Assembly (NCBI GenBank): GCA_973895155.1
Contig: OZ316894.1
Location: forward strand, 26,087,240-26,151,239
Length of the DNA stretch: 64,000 bases
Direction: 5' to 3'
DNA from: Marsupella aquatica
Taxonomy: Eukaryota > Plantae > Marchantiophyta
Of this stretch, positions 39,667 through 52,971 are shown piece by piece (position 1 is the stretch's first letter; each line of letters starts with the position of its first letter). A model generated the notes under the pieces. The model did no database searches, was not told the DNA's origin, and worked only from the letters and a program-made list of their open reading frames with translations. Both the position numbers and the translations under genes were made by a program.

Positions 39667-42462
39667 CTGCAAATGTCTACTAATACACTCTTCTTCAGAT
39701 ACATTTTTAAAATAGACACCTCATTCAGCAATTGCTTTCCCTAAATAGTCCATAATTATACAAGAATTCTAGTTGATGCTGATACCATCCCTGAATTGTA
39801 ACAATAGAATATCAGGATTTTTTGTCAATTATGGATGTCAATCAACAGGGATTAAATTATTTCTGTTTACCTAGCAAGTGTTCTTGTTTCTTTCAAAACA
39901 TCTAAATTCACTGACATGATCTCCGACATAAGAGGATTAATTAACAGGGTCAACTTGGAGAATGTAGACCAATACACCAAATTCCTCCAATCTGAATATT
40001 TGGAATTGGTAGAGATAATACCTGGAGGTCTTTCAAAAGCTTTTTGATGCGCTTAGTTGCCTTCATGATGCATCATCAATAAGCAAACAAGATGATTTTT
40101 GACAGCCTGAATCTTGGATACTGTTTGATACTTCCTCCTTGCTACAAACAGACCATTCTCAAGAAGTTGCAAGGTTCCATGGTTCAAAGCTAACAAAGCC
40201 AACAATCTCATACCTACCTTACCTAGCCAGAACTATATATACATATATTTTTCATTCAACAACTGCAGTTGAAAAAGGAGTCTATGAAAGGAGTCCAGAA
40301 GCTCACATTCATGAGTCAAGGCTCAGCTAGAGTCTTAGATAATGGTTTGCCTTCTAGCTTATCTTCAAAACCTGGTATGAGAGTTGAGTCAATCAAGCCA
40401 AAAGACACATGAAAGTCGTGTTGAACACACTAGCAATACCCACAAATCTTCAATGACATTCCAAAGCGGTACTGATGCTTGAACGACTAGTGGCGAGAAG
40501 GAGGGCATGGTATGGCATGGGGTTGGAAACGGAGACCAAGTGTGGCACAGGCAAGGTACTAAATCCTCAGAAAACTGTTCTACAGCACATTGACTTGATC
40601 ATATGGTCGTCTCTTACAGTAGAGAAACCACAAGCACAACTTTTTCAAATTGTTTTGCAAAACGGAAAGGGAATCATTGTTAGCACTGTTTCCTTTGGTT
40701 TTGATTGCTCCTCAGGACATTTTCTCCTTTTTCCCTGCAGTTGTACTGTTGTATTTGATTTAGAAGCCCAGATGGACCACAATGTTTGACAAACAACTTG
40801 GATAGACCAATGCACCTTATATGGACCAGTTGCTTTATGTTACTCTCAAGTACTATCTTTCCTTGGTATAAATGTTCAGTTTTGGGTCTATAAAATTGCT
40901 ACGTTTATCTCAATTAAATTGTCAATCTAACATTGTGATCTGCTTGGATCGAAACATTAATTTCTGTTGTATATTGCTGGCACTTTTCAGTAAATTGTTC
41001 TTTCCCTACAAAAACAAAAACTCCAGTGATGGCTTGACATAAGAATGCAGCTTAGAAATATTGGAAATAACATAAAAGAGATATCTGGCCAGTTTTGATG
41101 TATATGTAATTTTGCATTAGGGCATTTTTATGGGTTAAAATAAGTTCTATTCTTTAGGCCCGTCTGACGCCAATGAGTCTTAGTGACAACCCTGGGCACT
41201 CAGGTTATGTGATTGGGAGATAGAGTGGGAACAATGGAAAATTTAAACAACATTTTAACAACTAAATTTTTAAAGAACTAAGATACAAATTACTGGGGTA
41301 CCCATTAAAAGTAATTCAGCATAATTGTTATGAGGCTGAAATTAATTTGGACAAAGGGGATTGTAGTAGGGCAGGTTACGCGGCAACAGATCCTCCATAC
41401 ATGTGTCAATCTCATTGGCCTGTGTATAAACATATATAGTGTATATGGGTTTAGGGTTGGACTGGGCATGTGTCAAAGTATATCCCCCTCTGCACCCCCG
41501 TGGGCATGTTCTCGCGTGAGAATTGGGCGGGCCCAGTTGATACATTGATACATCAGTGTTTAACATGAAAATACCCTTAACAAGCTAAAGTAAGTAAACA
41601 TTGCTTCCTTTCTTCCCACATATTGCTTGTAGTACTTTTAAGTACCTCTTGTGATTATTGACCTACATTGCAACTCCCCTCTCCTCGTGAGGGAGTGGTG
41701 ACCTAGTTGACCATGCAGTTGTGTGATTGCTATTTGCTTGTGTGCCTTCTTCCCTTCACCTCTTTGTGGCCACTCCACGTGATCAGATTTTGTCAAAGCT
41801 CATATTGTTGGATGGATAGGCGAGCATGTTGGAGGCATGATGGAGATGGGAATCCGAGAGAAAGCGAATCTGCAGTTGTGGATTGTAGGCTTGTGAATCA
41901 TTCGTCCATGCACCACCATAGTCCTATTTATCCGAGCATCTGTTTTTGTACTAGAGTTAATCTATGCAATGCAACCTCTTAATTTTATCCCATCACCGTG
42001 AACGAAATCCACCTTGCACCTTTCTCATTGAAAAGCGTTAGGAGGGGGGTCCACCACAAACTAATTAAACTCCTTAAGGCACACTTACTTTTGGCATTGT
42101 CTAGAATACATGTCAACGATATATTTTCCCAGCCTATTGAACTCAGACCGGAGTTTATATCCACTCAACCATTGATAAATTTCATGGACGCAGAGATAGC
42201 TGCAGTAAGTATTTGAGGAATACAAATGTTTGCTAGCTAGCTTGAATATCTGCACCCGGTTTTACCTGTGGCATCTAAATGGCCATGTCCTTCCTCGAAT
42301 ATCACTACGTCAACAATTCTGTGTCCACTTGGCCTCTTCCCTCCTGGTAACAAAATTGGCTATTGAATTTACTATTCTTGCTTATAAGAGAGCACTAAGC
42401 CCCCATCAAGATGAACACTTATTGTATCATGTAAACGAATAGGGTCACCACAGGACCTACAG

Positions 42463-45400
42463 CTAAGTGGGGCGCCCATCTCCAGGTTTCAATACCCAAG
42501 CACCACCTTTGGTATAACACAACTCCTTGAGAACCTGCAAAACTGACTCTGATCAGACCAACAACAACAACACTTCAAGATATAAAGTAACTTCCTTCCT
42601 GGCTAGCATTCGTTTCTCAGGCAACCAGCGTCTAAAGTTAAGGGAGAGATTGATTTTCAACAAGTTCGATTTTCATTTGCGGAAGAGAAATTGATATCAA
42701 TTTGAAACACCTCACGATTGCGCTAGGAACCTTTGCTTGAATCACCTTTTGGTAGGTTGCTTGTGGAACTTCGGTTTTCAATGCTATTTTGGAGGCCTCC
42801 ATGATGTCAGTCTTTCGAAGGCCTGATCCTGAACCCTTGGCCCGAAGAAGAGCTATGACAACATTTCTGCACCCAGAACTTGCGTCAGTGGATACAATTC
42901 TCCTCTACTGAGCCAAACTCAGTTCACGCCTTGCTCCGTATCAGCCACAACATGGACTATTTGGGATACTTTATGGCGGTTATAGCAATACTGAAGTCGA
43001 AGACAAAAGACTGCGTAACAGGCAAAATGGAACGACAGTAAACCACCAACCTGAAAGGATCGAGGTAAGGATTGCCCAGAGAAGTCGAAAAGTATACACC
43101 ATCAATATTTGATGCCACTGTGCTAACAGCTGCCTCCAGCTCTGGCAATGGAGCTGCAGCTGCCTGTGCTGCAGCTTTGGCCTCCTCCACAGCATGTGGA
43201 TCTTTGGATCCTCCTGCTGCAACTATTGCCATTTGCCGAAGAGTCTGACAAATAAATTGCATCCTGTAGCACAAGCAGACACACACCGGTGTAAGCTTAC
43301 GGCTAGTCTTCAAATCGTGATCAGTGAGGCCAAAAATGGGGCAGGAGTTCAGAAAATGTTTCTAAAACTCACCTGCAAACACTATGCTTTGAGAAAATCT
43401 TGTTCAATGCTCTTGGTAGGGCGGCTAGAGTGGCTTCGGAGAGAGAACTATGTCCTGACAACGCCTTTGTTTGAGGCCCTTGGCTGGGAACCCCATTACC
43501 ATCTGCAGGGAGATTGAAGTGCACCCCTTTGTGCTTCTCAGGGCCAAGGGGTGACTTAACCGCCAGACTTGCCGGAAGCTTCCTCTTAGTGGCAGGAACT
43601 TCCTTGACTGTGGACAAATCAATTTTTGGAGTCCCAGTCACCTTTGCGCCTGTCAATTCAAGACCCTTAACTGCCTCTCGCAGATGCCCCTCAACCTCTG
43701 CCCACCTTTGGGCTTGTTCTTTCACCACAACCTGGTGACGTTTGACGAATGACCTATCTGTACTCTCTTGAAACTCCCAGCTTGCTGTCACACCACTCTG
43801 GACAGCAAATGAAAGCAAAATTTCTCGCAGAATATCCTTGGAGATGCGAAGATCTTCCAACTGTGAATGTTGCACAACCCTACTCTTGGTAAAAAGAAGG
43901 AGAAGATAATCCCTAATAATAGTCACAGGTTTGGAGTACCGGAGGTTACTTGCAACCACCCAGCATCCTTGGACTAGAACAGCTTTCTCTTGTAGAACGG
44001 TCAGCACTTCTTGTTCAGTACAATCATGAGGAGCTAGCTTCATCAACCTCTCAAATTGTAGTACATGAACTCGCCCCTGCATTCCAGCCCGAAAAACAAT
44101 CGGTGAGCCCAGGCAACCCCGTAGGTTAACTCCAAAACTTCATATACAGCTGGAGAGTAAATTCGTATAGCATAAAAGCGCAAGTGACTGCTATCGTCTT
44201 ACTCCAAGTTTTATATTTTACGCTGTTCCCAAGCAGCACAAATCTACTCGTAACAACTAATTCGTCTAATAGATGAACTCAATGGCTGTTTTGTAAAACT
44301 GGATTTAGACTTCTAGTACTGGTTGTAGATCGTCAATCAGCCGGCCCAGCAGATACTTTTCTTCGAAATATTTTTCTGAATTTCGGTTTCATCAGAGCTT
44401 CAGATCATTCTCTTCTGGAATACAAAAATCTTAGTATACAAGGTGGAGGAGGTATACGAACGGAAGGAGCAAAAAAGACCATCGCAGAATTAATATTGTA
44501 ACTCATTTCTCAAAGATTGTCAATAATCGGGCCTGTATACGTGTCTCCTACGTTAGACAACACGCTATATTCGTTTCCGGTTTCCTATTTTTTTGCCTAC
44601 ACAAACCATGAGATACCAACTGGTTACTTCAATTCTTCAAGTAGTTATCTGTTAAACGAAGAGGAATAGATTGCATTTTATAGCAACGAAGATCAAGCTT
44701 CAGAAAGAATTAGCAGAGCAAGAATTCAGAGCCAAAGGGCCGTGCCCTAAGGATGACTTGGTTGTGCTCCAAGCCAGGTAAACACGTCTTTGTGGACAGG
44801 ATGGGCTACAATTGTTGGTCCCAACAAAGAGCAACAAGGGTATTCCGGAGACTATTATGGTTATTGAGTCAGAGCATTTGAAATCTGGTGACAGACCAAA
44901 GCCACTAACCTTGGAGAGAAGAAGATGAAACCGTTTCTCCAGTGGTAGGGTATCCAAGAAACTGCAGCGTCAAACCATAACAATAAGTTTTATGACGAAC
45001 TTGACGACATCATGCTGTTGTTGAATAACATTCAATCACAAGAGTATTTATATAGAAAGCATTCAACTAAATCGAGTCCATGGATCCCACATCAAACTGT
45101 AACACGCCCAACACCCCTAGGCAGAATCATGGAAACACAAGCGGACTGAGTTGCAACCTTCTGGAAAAGCCTGCACTTCCGCCGCCGTCGCCAATTCGAA
45201 CCTCACTAAGACCTAGTATTCCTTGGCTAGGAACCAACTTGCTTACATATTCGTCCCTGACAAATTTTAGGTCACCCGTTAGGACACAAAATTTGTCCTC
45301 GGGGACACTGCAAAAATGCAACATATTGAATACAGAGTGAAGTGCTTAGTCACTTTACAAATCAGCATACATTCATTTAAAAATCGAACCACATGACAGC

Positions 45401-48400
45401 GTACCGGCGCAGTGTAAATGGTATCAGGGTGCTCGCTGACGCTATCATTTGGTGACGAACACCATCCGTAACCGGACTATCAATCCCATGTGGTTCCAAT
45501 GGAATCCAAGGCTGCAAACCAATCATGGTTAAATCAGTATATTTCCTTCCAAGTCAGTCAGTATCTTATCTTCAAGAGAGCAACAGCCTTCTCCAGATGA
45601 CGCTAGTCAGTCACAACTAGAATAAACCATAGAAGAGCTTCAGCTCACCTCTGCATCGTCAATTTGCTTTAAGTAGGCATGTGAATGAAGCCTGTTTTCC
45701 TCTTGCCACTCTGTTTCACGCCTTCGTACATTCACCTGGAAAACATTTCCGCCAATCACACTGTAGCACAGCCCATTATTGCAACAGGCAAAGCTATCTG
45801 GCTCTTATTTATTATTTCCCTTGGTTCTGAATGCTAAGCGTTGTAAAGACCCAGGAAAGAGAGGTATGAGCTATCTAAATGTTGCGCATTATTTCCCTAC
45901 ATTCTGCATGTTAAGAAGTCTAAATACCCAGGAAGTAGACTCAAGATTGGGGACAGAGCATACATCCAATAAAAGCAGGAGTTGTTTAAACTATCCAGAG
46001 TTACTTTGTGATAAACGTTGTGACAAGGTGTCGGGTTTAGCCTCCGATGAAGGTTTGTGACAGTCGTTATTGTCAAGGAAAGGTCTTGTGTAGCTCATAA
46101 GATTGAGTGAAATCAGATTAGTTGAAAAAATTATGCAAGGTTCTGCGGTGTGTTCCTCCTTGAAATAAGTAAAATAAATAGAAAGACATTTAGCTCCTGT
46201 TGTTGCCTGAATTCTCTTGCTAAAATCTCTTATAGCACGGACTACGAGAGAACTCTGATCCCTTCTTCCAAATGTTCTCATTGCACAGCAAATTTCTTAT
46301 CGCATCGGCGGTATAATCCACGCAATACAGCTGGAATTGAATTTGCTGAAGCATAACTTTGTGGGACAAAAACTGTTATTATGTATTTCGCTCTTCTTTC
46401 TTCAGAGTTTCGGACGTCTAGGGTGTGGGGTCATTGGTTGAGAGCTTAACAAAGGCCCTATACAATACTTACAGTTTCCATGCCTCAGCTTTAAGTGTGC
46501 CCGTTGGGCCTACTGGTTTAGCATATTGGTCAAGAAGAGTGCTAAAGGAGAAGAGGAGAGAAACCTGCAAAGCAACCAGTTCAGGTGTCGCAGCTTCAGT
46601 AGCTTCTGCATCTGCCATATCGTCTTCACCATCCACACCAGATCCAGACGCCTGCTTCTTTTTCTTTGCATCAGCCTCATCCAAATATTTCATAGAAGGG
46701 CGCAATTGCACCACAGCTTGCAAAGGGTTTAGATGCAACTGCGAACATGTCATGATACGATGCTCAAAATATTGTTCAGCGGCTCTACCCTGTAACTTTG
46801 GGAATTACTCACGAGACAGCCAGAGTCCTATGACTGGGGAAGTTTTGGTAGAGATTCCCCAACACAAATAGCAATGTTGACAGTTCTCATTGTCCAGATT
46901 TTCAGGATAAAAGTTCCGGATAACATCCGGGCTATGTTGACTCTATTCCTTGAAAAGAGAATAAACATTATACGAAGAGATGTCGCTTGCGAAGAAAACA
47001 CATGAAATCTAGCAAGGAAGACTAACCTTGTTACCTTGTAAAACACCTATGGCGTAACTTGTTGTGAGCGAGACTTTGGATGATGACAAAGTCTGTTATT
47101 TGCCATCCCAACAAAATAATCTCAAAAAATCAGCAGGCAAGTTCATATATTTTCTCGATGTTCATAACATCGCATCCACAAAACAAAAGTTGAAGACACA
47201 TCTACATGACAGGAGAAAAAGTTGACCCCTGCAAGAACTAAAATTTCAGTAGAGGTCAAGCGTTCGATCTGATGAGGCCATTTCAGTACCACAAAAACTG
47301 CAAGCTCTGTCCAGTTTCAGTACCAGAAATATCAAATGTTGTATTCAACAGACACTCTTGCAGAGAATTTTACAATCATGTTCGACCTTAGATAGACACA
47401 TTAAAAAACAGGAGATGGACAGGCTGAACTTAAAATCGTAACCTGAAGTAAATAGCACGGTTTACTAACCAACCTGTGTTTTGATTTTAAGGTGCTCTGC
47501 TGCTTCTTGATCATAGTTCTCACTATCTGTGTCAACGGCAAGGTCCACTTCTAGCTTCTTTTGCTTTGCCTTCACACGGACCTGTACAAACGAGTCAGGA
47601 AGAGAATTTTAGATCTTCATGAATACCCTAGAAAAAGAGGGGATGAGTTTTGGTACAACTTAACTCCATGAGACACAGATTCATATCAGATAGTATGTTT
47701 TCATTCCAGACTGACGCTCACCTATGCCCTGAACTCGATGTACTTGGAAGAACGACAAAATCAATGGTGAGCATCATCTACCGGACCTCAACATGACAAA
47801 TTTAGAGATGAAACAATTAACACAGACTGCAACTGATTAAGAAACTAGACCTATAACGATTAAGTTGATTTGATGTACCTCTTGACACATTTCTTCCAAG
47901 GAATAAGGTCGCCAGGCTGGACGCAAGGGATATTGAAGAAGATAAAACTGCATACAGGTGAAAACCGTATATTAGCATTCATGCCAGCTTGCAGCTGATC
48001 GCTCTGTCGTTGAACTGGAAGACTGATAATTTGTCATATATTCAATGTTTCGATAATAAGGGAAACTCTTCAGAATTTATCAGTCAAATTGGATTTGAAG
48101 TCCGAAACTGCATCAATCTGGATGCACTGTATGTGGCCCTAATCCCTAAACCGTACAACCAGATAACCCAGTGCCTGAGATCCCTTCAGCTTAGGCCTAA
48201 ATATTCCAGCACGGGCTACTCATCGGAAGACCACTGTCAGCGCATCCAAATATGAAAGTAACATTTACACTATGATTGGGCGAACAATCTTGAACGGATA
48301 ACTCACGGCAACACTGAGAATTTTTATACAACAGAAGGATGGTGTAAAAAGTCGCTTGGCAACAGTAGCTAGCTACAAACCTGAGTATCAGGGTCCACTG

Positions 48401-48521
48401 ATTTAGACAAAAACACGTCAATCTCTCGCACAACATGGTCTCCTCCTTCCTGCCTGGGTGGCGTCTGCTCTACTCCAGGTGAGAAATCAGCTTCTCTCAT
48501 GTCAGCCTTCCCCGGAGTCAT
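42463..48521 (-). CDS. RPC5: RNA polymerase III subunit RPC5 (Sin-like, POLR3E/NRPC5), ~13 exons
   Basis: Spliced translation MTPGKADMRE...DHVVREIDVFLSKSVDPDTQ|FYLLQYPLRPAWRPY..|VRVKAKQKKLEVDLAVD..|..YAIGVLQGNK|LHLNPLQAVVQLRPSMKYLD..|..AVLVQGCWVVAS..RDYLLLLF..|VLKELCYTKGGAWVLKPGDGRPT*. Matches Sin_N motifs and introns are GT-AG. The start is at 48521, or at the second ATG at 48500. Confidence 0.93.
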
Positions 48522-49714
48522 CCTCTCAAGACATGCTATTCCCTTCAACAGCCAGCCTTCCCTGTCCTGCCCACCTCCCTCTCACATTGCAACTTAATCA
48601 AAGCAGGAAATGAACATTGCCGAATGGACACAGAGCGCTTTCTCCAATGCTTCAAGACACCACAGCGTACGGGAGTCAAGTCTTCAAACCACGACCCGTC
48701 CCACGGATGCCACGGCTCCGTCAAAATGAGGCAAGAGAATCATTTCGACAACTTCTCTACTCTGAGGCCCCCCAAAATATCCCTTCTATCGCTTCCAATT
48801 CATCTTCCACGGAAACACACTGAGCAGCCATCACCGAGGCCCGCAACTTGAGATCCGAGCCTCCTCCGCGACGAACATCTCATTCCTACTTCTACTCACC
48901 ATCATCATCATCTACTTCAAGCACCACGTCTGCTCCCGAGTCATGCCAGACTCCTCGATCCCCTGCTTCTGATTATTGTCGTGCTCACTGCTCCCACCAC
49001 GAGCAAAACCTTTCTTCGAGCTACCGATTTTCTCGAATCCCTCAGTCCATTCATCCCCTCTGCCCCTGCGCTGCGCTCCCTCTCTTAACTTTTATTCCGA
49101 TACTCCAAGCCGCTCCCCCTGTGCTCCTCCGACTGCACTGCACTACACTGCACTCCAATCCACTCTAATCGAATGACCTCTTCTGCCCCTTTCTGCTAAC
49201 TACTGTACTTTGTTTTATGATTTCTCCTCATGCCCTACTATCCTTTCTCTATGTTGTCCTCTCGACTCCCTTCTCCCCCTTTCCCTCCGTCTCCCCCTGT
49301 CCCTCGCCCCCGACCTTCCCCTTCCGCCCCCTCCCCCTTCGTTCTCCCTCCTCGACCTGCTCCACCCGGCCCGGCTGTTTACCCTGCCCTTCCACAATCG
49401 CCAAACCCCTTGTACCTACTCCTTTCTCGAGTCTGGGACCCTTTGGCCTTCCGGGTGGGGGAGGGAAAGGACTCGGACGGTCTCCACCCGTGGTCGCTTG
49501 TCACGGGTAGAGAGTTGTACAGACCTTGAGTCCCCTAGACGAACGGTGTCTCTGGCTTGCTCCTGTCCAGTTTCCGGATTGCTCGTTGATTGCTCGGTGT
49601 CCATAGCTCGCTGGAAAGAAGATTTCATCAGCGTTCTAACAAGCCTATTTTCGCTTGATTCTGATCGATAAAAGAGAAAGGTATGGGTCCCTCAACCCGC
49701 CGTTTTTCACCCTC
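48503..49714 (-). repeat. Inverted segmental duplication, copy 2 (upstream/5'UTR region and first codons of RPC5)
   Basis: Reverse complement of 11755-12970. Homology resumes at 51107-51162, matching 11700-11753. Confidence 0.95.
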
Positions 49715-49718
49715 TTTA

Positions 49719-51099
49719 CTGACCCCACTAGAGGTCACTTTCAAAATCTGAGACTCCACAGCGTGCCATGTCATCATGACGTGCTGCAAATAGGAACGGA
49801 TTGGTTTTCACAATGAAATTATGCAAACATTCGTGTTTGCGACAAGATTTTGGTAAAATTGAGGACGCCATGCCGTGAACCTTGATGTAAAAAGTTATCA
49901 AAAATAACTGTTTTATGTACCCCGCTCAATCAACTGCCCACCCTTTTTTTAATTATAATTAAATTGTAATTAAAGTAATGAAGCAACACTTTAATTACAA
50001 TGGCAGTTAAGAATCCTGAGCATGGCAGTTAAGAATCCCGTTTCTGCAGCGCCAAAAGGTCATTTTTGTCTAGCACTCCTTCTCTAGCAATCTGTCTTCC
50101 GGCATTGTCATTTCCTCGTGTCGTGCTTGTGGACGTACAGAAGAATTATATGACAAACAGATTCAGCTTGTGAAGTAGGCAATTCCTGAGCAAGAAATAC
50201 CAAACATTGCTCCACAACTTGATGTAGCTTAGTGAGCGTTGCCCTACTTTTCTTGGAGTGGAGATCCGAATCGGTAACAAATGAAAGAACATGATAATTT
50301 CATAAGGACGAAACGAGCACACTGATTGCACCATCGCTCTTGTGGGTTCTTACAAATCCAATCTATTACACAGGCTCGTATTTCAGGAGTTCATAAAGGA
50401 GGCAGCTTGAAATCAAAGACCAGTCTGCATGTAGGACTTCAAATTGTATCTCCATATCTGGTTTTTGAAAGGGAAGAGCTGACCCAGTGCTCCATTGCAC
50501 CAGAGAGAGCTCGGCTTGATTTGGCAGTAAAAAATACTATCTAGCAATTGATAGACCAGGGCTCTACAAGTTTCTACGAGCACAGTCGATGCCTTTTCAT
50601 GATCAAATTGAAAATATTAGAAGTGAAGCTGATTTGAGAGATCACTTGATAAGGACGCGAATCATTATTGGAGTGAACAGAAGTAGCAACTTTGTCAAAC
50701 GCATCGACCCTCAAGAGGCGCGTTTGCAAGAGGCTGTGGTAAAAATGATTGTGTTTAAAGAGACGTTCAGATATGGATAAAGGATTTTGATGAAATCATC
50801 CAGGAGTTCCAGGGTGAGAGGTCAATGTGATTATTGTGAGGAAGAAGGAACGAAAACTAAGAGATGAGGAACTTGGGGCAAAGGAGTAGGTTTGCTTGCT
50901 GAAAGGCGAAAAAGATTGAAAGTTTCAAGTGACGATTAGAGTTGTTTGGGAGACAGTAGCGAGAATGCATTTGTTGAAGTTCAGGAGAGAAACTGTCGAA
51001 TGTGACTTCTGTGATGAGAAGAATTGGATTGAAAAGTGATAAATAATGTGAATGGGTAGTAAGGAATAGGGAAGTGTAATGGAGAAGATAGGGGTCCAG
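49719..51099. mobile_element. Putative non-autonomous DNA transposon with short TIRs and flanking TA
   Basis: Left end TA|CTGACCCC, right end GGGGTCCAG|TA (reverse complement CTGGACCCC). The sequence is absent at the paralogous site, where the reverse complement of ~11745-11760 reads ACCCTCGTTCGAGCTG. No transposase motif was recognised. Confidence 0.55.
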
Positions 51100-51106
51100 T
51101 AACTAA

Positions 51107-51590
51107 TTCGAGCTGTGCCAAATTTAGACGGGTATGTCAGCCAGTACTTACGAGTAGAGTAGCGTGCGGGCCCGTCTTGTCTTGTCGACGTGTGTCGTGT
51201 GATTTACCGTGGCACTTAATATAGAGGCTGCGGTCGGCGAAGGGAAAGTGCGCTTGCGTGGCGGAGCGACCGGAAACGAAGGGATTATAAGTCGGGCGGG
51301 GAGAGTGAGAGATTGCTGTCGGAGGACGAACAGGGGTCGGAAAGGAAGGGGGGGGGGGAGGACGAGGGGCCGAGACAGGGGAAAGCAGAGGAAGCGGCGC
51401 GAGATTGCAATTTCGAGAGTGTTTCATTTGATGTCAATTGGTCGGTGAGTGGACGAGGAGTGCGAAGTTCTGTCCAGGAGAAGAAGAGTGTTCGATCGAC
51501 GCGTTTTCGACTATAGACCGAGCATGCGACTGGAGATCGATCGCTTCGTTGGACAGAGAATTGAATGAGAAGAAAAAGCGGAGAAGGTAT
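51107..51590 (+). promoter_or_regulatory. Probable promoter and first non-coding exon of the SUN gene (5'UTR intron ~51587-52878)
   Basis: GC/CpG-rich and purine-rich tract, TATA-like TAATATAGA at ~51218, donor AAG|GTATTC at 51587 and acceptor TTCGCAG| at 52878. Confidence 0.45.
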
Positions 51591-52971
51591 TCCTTGGTCT
51601 TTCTCTGCCTTTTGTTTTCCTACTGGTGTGGATTATGGATTTCGATGGTTCGTGATCGGGTTGTGTAGATTAGCTCTACTTCTCTCGATGCTGTGTGTGA
51701 GCTGTATCGTCGGAGCTCTTTGTAATGCCGAACAAAGAATAAAGGTCTCCTACGCTTTGCTCTGTGTCTGTGTAGCTCTGTCGGCGTTTTGGTCCGAGCT
51801 CCTACTTCGTGTTATTGCCGCCGCCTGCACTCTGGGAGGGCCTCGGCTTCCTGAAATGCCTTTGGTATCTCACTGTTCCATCGATTTTAGGCTGGACTCT
51901 CTTTGCCTCTATGTTACTGGCATTCCTTTTTCTAGTGTAAAAGAGTTGGTCCTTTCTGTTGGAAGATGAGCAGAAATGAGTCTCTAGGACATGATTTGGA
52001 ATCATTCAATTCTCAGAGATCCATGTAGAACAGAGAAAACCAAGAACTCCTTACAGAAGTTACAGAGCTTTGGATTCGCTTGCTGAGGTTTGAATTTGTC
52101 ACGCACGCGCTCTGACGTTTTTGAAATTATCTTTCTTGAAATGTTCGTTGGCTGGGATTGTCTTGGCTTGTGAATGTGTGTTTTGCAAATAAACTCATAG
52201 GTTGCGTTTCACTGAAATGCATCCATAAGTCCGACTGGAAAAGATTTTCAATCTCAATTTTTTCCTCGCTCACGTCGTCTTTTGAATCTGGAGCAGCTCT
52301 GACATTATGTCGTGTAATCTACTGTAGATCCTCCCTTGCTAGACAGATCAAGAAAGGGCTTCCTGTACTCTGCTGGGATCTTCGAAGACGTTTAGGTTCA
52401 AAGTCGCCGTTCGAGCTACCAAAACGAACTTTGTATGCAGTTTACTGTGTCAAGTTATTATCCGTTCATTCCCTTGATTTTCTCCACTGAAATCCGCGTG
52501 ACTGACGAGGCTGTCTGAGAATTGCGGTCAATGGACTTAAATAACCAGCGAATGGAACTTTGGGTCACACCTTGCATTTGTCAAGGGAAAACAAGTTCTG
52601 AGACCGAGACAAATGGAGTAGTCACAAAATGGATCGATTCGTGGAAGACTATCAGTCCTACATTTTGGATTTTTCTCTCGCTATTGTTATTTCGTGGTGG
52701 AAAATCTGCGACTAGTAAAAAATGTGCTAGCGAAATGAAAGGCTCGCAGTCCATGGTCACTTTGCAACGTAAACTCGTAACACGTCAGTTGTTTAGGATT
52801 TGAAAGATGGAGTTGTAGCAAAAGAGGACGTTTCGTGGTGGTCGGACGCTTACGTTTTCTCTTGTGTCATCTTCGCAGTCGTGTGTCCTCGAAAGACGCT
52901 ACCGCCAACCGAGAGCTTGACATGTCATGTTGGACATCAGAAGCAGAAGAGGCTAGTAAAAGGCGATCTGA

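Noticed and set aside
40022-40066. MKATKRIKKLLKDLQ (minus strand) resembling the N-terminus of an E2 ubiquitin-conjugating enzyme
   Set aside because: No downstream HPN or active-site Cys exon was found. It is probably chance, or part of the PIBF1 leader.
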